32,000 bases of DNA from Paramicrosporidium saccamoebae KSL3 (taxonomy: Eukaryota; Fungi; Cryptomycota): contig MTSL01000219.1 in assembly GCA_002794465.1 (NCBI GenBank), forward strand, positions 84,374 through 116,373. Reading direction: 5' to 3'. The notes beneath the pieces were generated by a model. It saw nothing but the letters and a program-made list of their open reading frames with translations, made no database searches and was not told where the DNA came from. How positions within the stretch are numbered: position 1 is the first letter of the stretch; every line of letters starts with the position of its first letter. The position numbers were made by a program, and so were the translations under genes. This document shows positions 10,661-19,453 of the stretch, one piece after another.

Positions 10661-12032
10661 ATGGTTGAAGCTCATAGAGATGACATTGAGGACGTCGATG
10701 ATGAGGTTGGGGAGGTGGAGGCATTGTACGGAAGGTGCAGTTTGGAAAGTGTCATTTTAATAGCAATGTAGCGAATCTGGGGCAGAATTGGTAGAGTTTG
10801 ATTACGAAAGCTTTCTCCGACGGATGAGACACCCTTCCTGCCGTCCATTAATAACTCAGCTCAAGAACTTTATCTCTTACTTCCAGGAACGGTCCTCCAC
10901 TGTCAGTGTCACCCAAATTGTCCACCAATACCGCGACTTTATCGACCGCCTTATGCTCTCTGTACACGACAATGCGGTGTGGCGACTCCGGGGAGAGGCG
11001 CATCCCGAGGAATGGGAGCTCGCCCGGGAAGGCATCGAGTATCTCCTAATGAATCAACTCTACTCAACAGCATTTGCACCCAAGGAGGATCGAGATCGCG
11101 ACCAAATTGTGGCAAGGAAGATGTCATTGTATGGTGAATGGATGCAAGCCCGGCATTTGGACATTAAGGGTCCGATCTTGGATGACGAATTGTTGTTGGA
11201 TGAGGCGATTATAGAATTTAGAAAGATTAACGAATATCTGACGCCACGTGACAAACTCATCTGTCTGTTGAATGGCTCTAAAATTATTCAAAGTTCCCAC
11301 AATGATATCGGCTGACTTGTAGATCTGGTGGAGAGTTGCAGTCCAGACGCCAGTGCAGACGAAATCATGCCGATCCAGATTCTGGCAATTTTAAAGTCCA
11401 AAGTTTCCCACTTTCACTCCAACTTGCAGTATGTTTCGCGATACCGGGACCAGAGAAAGCTGGCCAGTGATAGTGCCTATCATTTCACCAGTCTCCTGGC
11501 CGTGTCATCGTTTATTGAACGGATGGACCAGCAATCATTGGTGATTTCCGACGAAGAATTCAATGAGCGGATGGAGGAAGCAAACAGACAGAATGTAGAG
11601 TCTGCTAGTGAATTTGTAGCCGAGCCTCGTCGATCCGATCCTCTTCCCACTGACAGGCGGCAGGATCAGGGCATGTCCCAGGACCAGTTCAAGGAAGAGG
11701 CTACAAAAGTATATATTAGTGTCAAGGAAAAGGTGAAGCTGGGAGCCTCAAAGTCGATTGACTATCTGGGGAAGCTGATGACTGAGGCAGAGGCCAAGAT
11801 CAAAGCAGCCATCAGTTCCGGCTCGGCCAGTCCCGCTCAAGAAGAACGTGAGCAGATGATGAGGAATGAAGACGAGTTCCAGCTACAACTTGCCATGGCT
11901 TTGTCACTTTCTGAACAAGAGTGTCGTGCCAACAATCTGGACAAGTCGGCAGAGAAAGGACAGCTCATTGAAATCCAGGATCCGGATCATCAGGAACGCG
12001 ACAGTAAATCCTCCTCCACGGAGCCGTCCTAA
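10661..12032 (+). CDS. VPS9: VPS9-domain Rab5 GEF with a C-terminal ubiquitin-interacting motif, about 434 aa; introns about 10735-10771 (alternative donor 10726) and 11293-11322
   Basis: Two track ORFs join through a 30-nt intron: TPRDKLICLLNGSKIIQ-NLVESCSPDASADEIMP...HSNLQYVSRYR...SAYHFTSL. The UIM-like segment is EDEFQLQLAMALSLSEQE. Confidence 0.88.
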
Positions 12033-12046
12033 TACCATCTATTATG

Positions 12047-12058
12047 TTTATTAATAAA
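12047..12058. terminator. Perfect 12-bp palindrome TTTATTAATAAA, giving an AATAAA poly(A) signal on each strand
   Basis: It lies between two convergent genes whose stop codons are 18 bp apart. The minus-strand hexamer overlaps the stop of the gene at 12051-12806. Confidence 0.55.
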
Positions 12059-12806
12059 GATTGAGGATGACGGCAGCACGACTCCAATTGACACATTTCC
12101 AGAAATTTCTAATGTATGCATCGCGATCCAATCCGTAATCCCGGATCCATGCATGCTCCCACATATTCAATGCCAAAATGGGCGCAACCACATCAGCTGT
12201 CTGCTCCTCCTGCACAGGCGGCTTTGTCATGCCCAACAACGCACTGAAGCTGCCACCTTCTTCCCTCTTTGGGTTTGCTTGTACTGGCGCTCGCATATTG
12301 ACAAACATTGGCGATCCTGCATTGTACGTGTTCATTATGGTCAATCTTCCGTTTTGTCTCTGGACAAGCCACGTCCAGCCTGACGCTGGTATTGCTCCCG
12401 CAGACTCTGAAAACATGGTCTCAAACGACTCCCAGCTGCCAAAGTCGCGCTCAATGGCCTGCACGAGCGCGGGGAGGGGCGGTCGATGGTGCGAAGTGAG
12501 GCCCTGAAGCCAGAAATCCATGTTCCAGGCCTGACTGCTGTAGTGGTGGAGGAGGGCCTGGCTACTATCGCGGTGTGTGCGCTCCACAAGTTGATAGAGA
12601 TTGAAGGCGGCCAGGTCAGTGCCCTGCACAGTCTTGTTCACGCGGTGCAAGTAGCTCCGCTGTAACCCTTGGAGAATGTTAAGGGTATCCCGAGACAATA
12701 AGGGACGCAAGCCCTCTTCTGAGGTAAAGGGCAGCGTTGCCAAGACGTGGATTCTGCGATTCATGCACTTGGAACCATTAATGCACCGCACCAGATTGCG
12801 AATCAT
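12051..12806 (-). CDS. Fe/Mn superoxide-dismutase-fold protein lacking metal ligands, probably a mitochondrial small-subunit ribosomal protein (mS42/Rsm26 or mS43/Mrp1 type)
   Basis: SOD-fold motifs AIERDFGSWESF, SGWTWLV and LALNMWEHAWIRDY are present, but three of the four ligand positions are substituted. The N-terminus is Arg-rich and presequence-like. Confidence 0.7.
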   Translation of the reverse strand: MIRNLVRCINGSKCMNRRIHVLATLPFTSEEGLRPLLSRDTLNILQGLQRSYLHRVNKTVQGTDLAAFNLYQLVERTHRDSSQALLHHYSSQAWNMDFWLQGLTSHHRPPLPALVQAIERDFGSWESFETMFSESAGAIPASGWTWLVQRQNGRLTIMNTYNAGSPMFVNMRAPVQANPKREEGGSFSALLGMTKPPVQEEQTADVVAPILALNMWEHAWIRDYGLDRDAYIRNFWKCVNWSRAAVILNLY

Positions 12807-12934
12807 TAAAGAAATGATTTAATCGACCCCGAGAGCGACAGAATAAAGTCATGGCCATTGTGAGGCCAGCGCTAATGCAAACTTTCATCAGCTTCAAGTC
12901 GTCAGTACCAAAAGTACATTTGTGAAATGTCAAC

Positions 12935-13129
12935 GGCTACGAGGCCACAGACAGTAAAGATTTATTTTATAGCGGCTATGAGGCCACAGACAATAAAGAT
13001 CTATTTGATAGCGACTATGAAGTCACAGACACTAAAGACCTATTGTATAGCGGCTATGAGATCACAGATAATAAAGGCCTATTTGATAGCAGCTATGAGA
13101 TCACAGATAATAAAGATCTATTTGAAATG
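12935..13129 (+). repeat. Tandem array of 5 x 39-bp degenerate units
   Basis: Units resemble GGCTATGAGRYCACAGAYAATAAAGATCTATTTGATAGC, are contiguous and have no indels. The last unit overlaps the RPC82 stop codon at 13118-13120. Confidence 0.95.
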
Positions 13130-14530
13130 CTCTAGAACTAGGAATTCACTCATGACGCAATTAATGTGGTGGGCTAATCGATTCAAAACTTTTCTCAAAA
13201 CTTTCAGCTGCTTCCTCTCTCCATCATTCAGCAGTTCAGGATTTGCAACGACATCAGAGCGTTCCGACTTTAAAATCAGCAATTCGCTCTTTTTTCGTTC
13301 TACAGATGCCCGTTCCAAGAGGTTGATGCAGACTTTCAAAGACATTTCTGCCATTCGAGTAAAAACTATTGGCGTGGGGATGGTCCATAGAAAGAATGTC
13401 CGCGACGGTGCATGGTCCAGTGTCTTGGGGACTTCTTGCAAATGCACTAATCCGCGTTGTAGCATTTGGTACAGACGCTCCCTAGTGTCCTTGGGAGTCA
13501 TCATGGCAATCTTGGAAATGGTCTTTTCCTCCAACATTTTGCAATCCTGTAGGATCCTGAAAATTCGGGTGGAGGGTTCACCGAACCGGGCAGATATGTA
13601 CGCCTCAATATTCTTAATGCGCATGGTATTTGCCGACGCATTCAGGTCAATGGAATAGGTGCCTCCCGCTCTCGAGTCAATTTTGTTGAAGAATGCAATT
13701 TCCTGCGAAAGACAATCGAGGTATTGGGAGAGTGGTGACTTGTCGCCAACTCGGCCAGGATTATCCACAAGTAATGGTGTGCCAGAGGGAAGCTTGGTGC
13801 TAACCTGGAAGGAGCTAAAAGTTGCTCCATTTCCAGCACATTTAAGACACGATTGCATAACCAATGCCGCCGCATCATTGATACGGTTCCCAACAAAATC
13901 AACCATCGTCTCATGCCAAAGTGCCGTTACAAAAGTCTTTACATTGATGCGCACAAAATGCACCACGTCGATTTTGGCTCGTTTGGCATCCTTGACGGGA
14001 CTCTCAGTGACGCGACGCTTGCCAGGAGAATGACTTGCACCAAAGATGTTAACATGTCCGGCACTTTCCTCGCCCCAAATGCTGGACTCTGGTGTGGCAG
14101 CTTCAAGAAAACCCTCCTCTACCATTGTGTCGAATACATCGAGCCCCTCATTGAGAAGGTTTTTTGATAGTCGCCCATGTTTTGCAACTTCCAAAAACAC
14201 TTTGAATCCTTCTGCAGCGAAACGTCGTTCTGCAAGACCGGCAAAGAGGGGATAGGCCAGTCTCAACATGACACGATCCACATCGATGCAATATATGACG
14301 GGTCTCGTGACGGCATCCTCGTCTCCAGTGACACGATAGCGGACCAGTCCATGGTGGATGAGCACGAAAAGTGCCTCCTTGACAGCACGTGCCGGCAGCT
14401 TTGCATTTTGTACTAGCACAGGCAAAGACAGTGCCCCCTTTACAGCCAAAACTGTGCCCACACACTCAACAACATTGCCAAAACAGTCCCTTAGGATAGA
14501 CTTGAGGAGGTGCAGTTGGACCCGCGACAT
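13118..14530 (-). CDS. RPC82: RNA polymerase III subunit C3 (Rpc82/POLR3C), 470 aa
   Basis: N-terminal winged-helix pattern (FGNVVECVGTVL...VKEALFVLIHHGLV), FGEPSTRIFRIL, LEEKTISKIAMM and LQEVPKTLDHAPSRTFFLW. Confidence 0.92.
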   Translation of the reverse strand: MSRVQLHLLKSILRDCFGNVVECVGTVLAVKGALSLPVLVQNAKLPARAVKEALFVLIHHGLVRYRVTGDEDAVTRPVIYCIDVDRVMLRLAYPLFAGLAERRFAAEGFKVFLEVAKHGRLSKNLLNEGLDVFDTMVEEGFLEAATPESSIWGEESAGHVNIFGASHSPGKRRVTESPVKDAKRAKIDVVHFVRINVKTFVTALWHETMVDFVGNRINDAAALVMQSCLKCAGNGATFSSFQVSTKLPSGTPLLVDNPGRVGDKSPLSQYLDCLSQEIAFFNKIDSRAGGTYSIDLNASANTMRIKNIEAYISARFGEPSTRIFRILQDCKMLEEKTISKIAMMTPKDTRERLYQMLQRGLVHLQEVPKTLDHAPSRTFFLWTIPTPIVFTRMAEMSLKVCINLLERASVERKKSELLILKSERSDVVANPELLNDGERKQLKVLRKVLNRLAHHINCVMSEFLVLEHFK

Positions 14531-14544
14531 CCACGTCCCCGGCC
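14531..14544. promoter_or_regulatory. 14-bp head-to-head gap between the RPC82 and SAD1 start codons
   Basis: The RPC82 ATG is at 14528-14530 (-) and the SAD1 ATG is at 14545 (+). Both N-termini look family-typical. Confidence 0.5.
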
Positions 14545-15844
14545 ATGTCCGTTCCCGAGCTGTCCGCCATTGACCGCAAGCGTCTCGATTTTGATTTTGA
14601 AAAGATTTGTTGCGTCACTCTCTCGCCAGTCAACGTGTATTCTTGTTTGACGTGCGGCAAGTTTCTGCAAGGACGGTCGCAGAACAGTCCGGCGCATCAG
14701 CATTGTTTGAGCGAGGGACATTCGTTGTATATCAACTTGGACACCAAAAAGGTCTTTATGCTGCCCGAGAATGAAGAATTGGATGATCCTCAGCTGGAAG
14801 ATATTAGGGTATCTGGTGGTGGGTGGCTTATAGTTGTAGTATGCACTGTATCCAACATTTGCAGACACAAGCGTCTTGGATAGGAATATATTGGAGGGAA
14901 TAGACTTGCATGGAAGAAAATACACGGCCGGCTTTATCGGCCTGAACAATATCAAAGCCAACGATTATGCCAACGTCAGTTTGCATGCCCTCCTGCACAT
15001 TACCCCCATTAGGGACCTCTTTCTGTCAGTCGACTTTTGCAACTCGCCCTCAGTCCTGCTCCGGAACCTTAGTAGCGCTGCCCGCCGAATCTGGAATCCG
15101 ACACCATTCAAAGCATTACTTAGTCCGCATGAATTCATGCAGGCCGTAAACCTGGCCAGCGATCGACGGTACTCGATAAACAAACAGGCGGATGTGTTGG
15201 AATTTATGGCCTGGCTGTTGAATACGGTGGGGAGGGATCTTGCCGCTCATCATTCAGTGGGATTGGTGACGGAGAGATTACAAGGACGAATTCAAGTGTC
15301 CACCAAACAATTGAGGCCGACAGAGATGACAACCATGCTGGATGCGACATTTCAGAGCAAAACGGTCCCGTTCTATTACCTCAGCCTGGACCTGCCTCCC
15401 GTGCCGTTATATCAGTCGAGTTCTGGTGAATTTGCCGTTCCCCAGGTGCCTCTGGAGCAACTGCTCTCCAAATATGACGGAGGACAGTTAAGTCAGCGGG
15501 GAGACTTGCTGCAAGCATTTTCATTAGAGGGATTGCCCGAATATCTGATCCTTCATTACAAAAGATTTGTAAAGACCCATCTGATATGGGAAAAGAATCG
15601 GACGATTGTCTCTCATCCATTAATAGGATTGCCAGTTTTAGACTCGAAAAAGGACGCACACCACTACGACATTGTCGCCAACATTTGCCATCGTGGAGAG
15701 GCGGAGAAGGGACACTTTTTCATCCAACTGCTACATCCAGCCACGGGCCATTGGTACGAAATTGACGATTTAATGGTGCGCCAGATGCCGGCCGTCAACA
15801 TTCCCCTCAGCGAGTCGTACATGCAAATCTGGCGACGTAAATAG
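14545..15844 (+). CDS. SAD1: U4/U6.U5 tri-snRNP protein Sad1/USP39 (ZnF-UBP plus inactive USP domain), 422 aa; intron 14809-14839
   Basis: LDFDFEKICCVTLSPVNVYSCLTCGKFLQGR zinc finger. A 31-nt intron gives DIR-YALYPTF. GLNNIKANDY has Asp at the catalytic Cys position. The C-terminus ends LSESYMQIW. Confidence 0.95.
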
Positions 15845-15901
15845 AAATTAGTTATTTTGGGTTTTTTGATCCGTTAAAAGCCATGTTTATATTAAGGACC
15901 C

Positions 15902-16011
15902 TCTGTGGATGTGATACTCTCCCAGTCTGTAAATTTCATGCTCTCCTAGTTTGTAAATGTTATGCTCTCATGGTCTGTACATGTTATGCTCTCATGATCT
16001 GTGGATGCCAT
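15902..16011. repeat. Degenerate 24-bp tandem repeat, about 4.5 units, intergenic
   Basis: tctgtggatgtgatactctcccag / tctgtaaatttcatgctctcctag / tttgtaaatgttatgctctcatgg / tctgtacatgttatgctctcatga / tctgtggatgccat. Confidence 0.85.
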
Positions 16012-16072
16012 AATCCATCACTCATAATCCCTGGCCCGTAGGTATACTCTCACACACCTTTACAAGAGCTAA

Positions 16073-16819
16073 ATGAAAACGGCAATTGTCACGGGAGCGT
16101 CTCGTGGGATTGGAGCAGCGGTTTGTCGAAACTTGCGGACCAAAGGCATTCGAGTTATTGGGGTGGCGCGTTCCGAGGATGCTTTGCGTAAATTGTGTAT
16201 GGAAAAGATTGGCAGCGGACCTATGGAGTATGTAGTGGGCGACATTACAGACCCAAAGACTGTAGAGACGGCCGTAGCACTTGCTACCAAAGACGGGAAT
16301 CTCGAAATGCTCATCCTCAATGCGGCCATCCTTACACCAATGTCCAAGATTGATGTCACAAAGATTGAAGAATTCCAACGGGCCTATGATGTGAATGTAT
16401 TTTGCAATCTCGTCTGGATCCAGGCTGCACTCCCAGCGCTGCGTGCAGCCACCAAGGGAACGATCGTCTATGTGACCTCGGGAGCCTCTGATATTGGCGT
16501 GGGTGGGTTAGCTGCATACGGAAGCAGCAAGGCGGCTATGAACTCAGTGATGCGTGTGCTGGCCGAGGAGGAGCCGGAAGTTATCAGTTTGACAGTGAAT
16601 CCGGGACCCACCGGGACGAAAATGTGGAACGAGTTCCTTGATCTTGCCCCGACGACAATGGATGCCGCTCAAATGTCTCAGTATGCAAAGATGGGCAAGG
16701 ATGACGTAAATAAGCCAGAAGACGTGGCCGAGTCGTTTGTAAGGCTTGCCCTTTCGGCACCCAAAACGAAATCCGGGTCGATCATAGCCTGGGATGAATC
16801 CTGGATTCAATCTCTCTAA
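16073..16819 (+). CDS. Short-chain dehydrogenase/reductase, NADP(H)-type, paralog 1
   Basis: TGASRGIG, GVARS (Arg indicates NADP preference), LNAA, VTSG and AYGSSK catalytic motifs. Confidence 0.92.
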   Translation: MKTAIVTGASRGIGAAVCRNLRTKGIRVIGVARSEDALRKLCMEKIGSGPMEYVVGDITDPKTVETAVALATKDGNLEMLILNAAILTPMSKIDVTKIEEFQRAYDVNVFCNLVWIQAALPALRAATKGTIVYVTSGASDIGVGGLAAYGSSKAAMNSVMRVLAEEEPEVISLTVNPGPTGTKMWNEFLDLAPTTMDAAQMSQYAKMGKDDVNKPEDVAESFVRLALSAPKTKSGSIIAWDESWIQSL

Positions 16820-16868
16820 TACAAGAGGGGTCGGGCTGTGAATGTAAAGGTTATTGTTATTATAAACA

Positions 16869-18442
16869 TTACTGTGTGACGGGCTTGCCTGTAAATATAC
16901 ATTTGAGATTGGAGAGATTTGCCAACTTGAGCACAGTGCCCCTGATTGCATCAATGAGGGGTTCTAATACATTGATCAATGATCTCGGTTGTGTCGACAA
17001 TACCACATTCTCTGCAATAATATTAATCTGCAGTCCGGCGGCTTGCATTTTGGAATTACTCATCCACAAGAAAAGCTCAAACCAGGGCGTTTCGGTCAAC
17101 ACCAACACCATCAACCTGAGCACCAACTCTATTCCCATCCAATATAACATGCTGCCTAGGAACAGCAGATAGTACACCACCACAGTGGGGAAGAGGAATA
17201 CTAAGCCGGAGAACAGAATTGTGCCCAGTAGCAGCTGGTCCAGGTCATAATCTGCCGAGTCTAGACGTTCTCGGAGTACATTCCATTTCCGACCTCGAAA
17301 CAGGTGGAAGAGACTTGTAAGGATCCGGACCTGCCAGCTATACAATCGACAAGAGAGAAAGTAGAACAGACGAACATGCACTGTAGCCAGTCTGAGCACA
17401 TCAATCCCCGCTGATAACAGCGATGAGAGGCCAAGGATGCCTATCGGAGCCATGGCCGTCAACAGGAGACTCACCGTTGTAGTACCATGGAAAGATCCCA
17501 CCGACCATATGCTAATCAGCCAGAGATACATTTCACCCAGAAACTTGTCCAAACTGCTGTTTAGTTTCAATCCGGCCGGCCAGCCCATCAACCACACAAT
17601 GTATGCTTCAAGAAAAAGCGCAGTGTTACGGAAAATAAAATCGGTGAAGCGAACGGCAATCATTTGAGAGTTGTGGAGAATGTATCCTCCACACAGAATA
17701 CCCAGCGAAATGTCCAGTACGAGTATCCAGCTAAAGTTGTCCAATGCCAAACGGGATCTCTGCGATTCATGCTCTTTAAAAAGGATCCGAGCGCAATGGT
17801 TCTGTTCATGTCCAATCATCGTGCCAAGTTTGGTCCGTATTCGGTGTAGTTGCTGTATCAGTACAAACCTTGAATTTTCGTTCAAACGGAATCCAGACAG
17901 AATTTGGTGAATTGGTCGGAAGCGACTGGTAGTTTTCCTGTCGATGGGCATCACAAGCACCTTTTGCAAATACCTTGCCACACACAGCTACCAATTAGAC
18001 ACACAATCGGCAGTTGTACTTGTTTGACTAGACTGTTATCGTCAGCGTCAACCGTCAGCTGCGCATCTAATCCGTCTGACGAGTCGTAATATACCACTTT
18101 CACGTTGGCCAATTTGCATCCATCCACAGTGATATCGTGTTCGTGAGAAATGTGATTTCTTGCATTATTAAAGAGGATTAATTTGGGAGTTAATCCAGCA
18201 TTGCGATATTCACGCGTCAATGTCTCGCTCTACCGATGAGTGACACATATCTCACACACCTCTGTAGTGATGCCTGCAATAAAAACACTGACATCTGTCC
18301 GCCATCCGTAAAAAAGATTGTTCCTTGAATGCTCCGACTTTTCCTCCCGTCCCACCTGTCCCACCTGTTCTAGCGGTCTCAAATGTCTTGACTTTTTGGA
18401 ATGACTTTTCAAACAATTCCTTGGCCAATATACCACCACCAT
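16869..18442 (-). CDS. GPI1: GPI-GlcNAc transferase subunit Gpi1/PIG-Q, about 503 aa; exons 18260-18442, 18020-18229, 16869-17987
   Basis: WLMGWPAGLKLNSSLDKFLG and RGRKWNVLRERLDSADYDLDQLLLGTILF. Three track ORFs join in frame through 30-nt (18230-18259) and 32-nt (17988-18019) introns, giving the N-terminus MVVVYWP...YGWR. Confidence 0.88.
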
Positions 18443-18583
18443 ATGTGGGATAATAAAATCAATATTGTGGGGTTAATAGTAATAAGACCATTTATCAGAG
18501 ACCCTGGTCCATATGCCATCACAAATATAACCATATTATAGGCTTCATAACTATAAATAGACGCATTAGCAAGGGACTAAGGA

Positions 18584-19291
18584 ATGCAGACGGTTATTGT
18601 GACGGGTGCATCCAAAGGCATTGGAGCGGCAATCTGCAAGGTTCTGCGTAGTCGCGGTGTCCGAGTGATTGGGGTGGCTCGTTCGGCCAAATTGCTGCAA
18701 GAGGGAGATGTGGCGGGAGACGTTTCTGATCCAGAGACGGCACGACGTGTAGTCACACAGGCGGGTGATTCTCTGGTGGGACTAGTTCTCAATGCAGGAG
18801 TCATTACACCAGTTAGCAAGGTGATTGACACGGACATTGCGCAGTTCAAGGCCACTTACGAGGTCAATCTGTTCAGCACCTTGTCGTGGATCCAGGCTGC
18901 CTTGCCGGCATTGCGCAAGAACAAAGGAAGACTTCTCTATGTGACCACAGAACTAGCAGGAATGGCCGGATTTGCCTGCTACGCCTCCAGCAAGGTGGCA
19001 ATGAACTCGATGATTGCCACGCTGGCCGAGGAAGAGCGGGACGTTGTAATGTTGGCCGTGTCACCGGGTGTGGTTGCTACAGACATGTTTGGAGCAGCCT
19101 CTGAACTGGGAAAATCGACCCTGAGCAAGGAGCACCAGGAGTTTTTCAAGGCAATGAAAAAGTCGGATGAAGTTTCACAGCCCGAGACTGTAGCCGAGGT
19201 ATTTACCAAATTGATTCTGTCTGCCACCCCCGACAAATCCGGATCTTTCCTTACCTGGAAGAGTCCCTATATCCAAGGACTCCTCAAGTGA
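18584..19291 (+). CDS. Short-chain dehydrogenase/reductase, NADP(H)-type, paralog 2
   Basis: TGASKGIG, GVARS, LNAG and CYASSK. It is a clear paralog of 16073-16819 (25 of the first 35 residues identical). Confidence 0.92.
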   Translation: MQTVIVTGASKGIGAAICKVLRSRGVRVIGVARSAKLLQEGDVAGDVSDPETARRVVTQAGDSLVGLVLNAGVITPVSKVIDTDIAQFKATYEVNLFSTLSWIQAALPALRKNKGRLLYVTTELAGMAGFACYASSKVAMNSMIATLAEEERDVVMLAVSPGVVATDMFGAASELGKSTLSKEHQEFFKAMKKSDEVSQPETVAEVFTKLILSATPDKSGSFLTWKSPYIQGLLK

Positions 19292-19453
19292 CGAATTTCC
19301 AAAAAAATGGCGAATAAATAAGTGCGATAACCAGCTTGTAGTCTTGATTGCTCGATTGATTGACTGTATTGTTAGTTTGCGTTTGTAAGTCCACAACTCC
19401 AGTAACACTTTGAATCCCAATTCTGATAACTAAGATTCAATGTCTCACAGTAC

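Noticed and set aside
12935-13129. 39-bp repeats as a CRISPR array
   Set aside because: The units are contiguous with no unique spacers, there are no cas genes, and the context is eukaryotic.
12927-13658. 243-aa + strand ORF (MRPQTIKIYLIAA repeats)
   Set aside because: Most of it is antisense to RPC82, and differences between repeat units are mostly non-synonymous in this frame.
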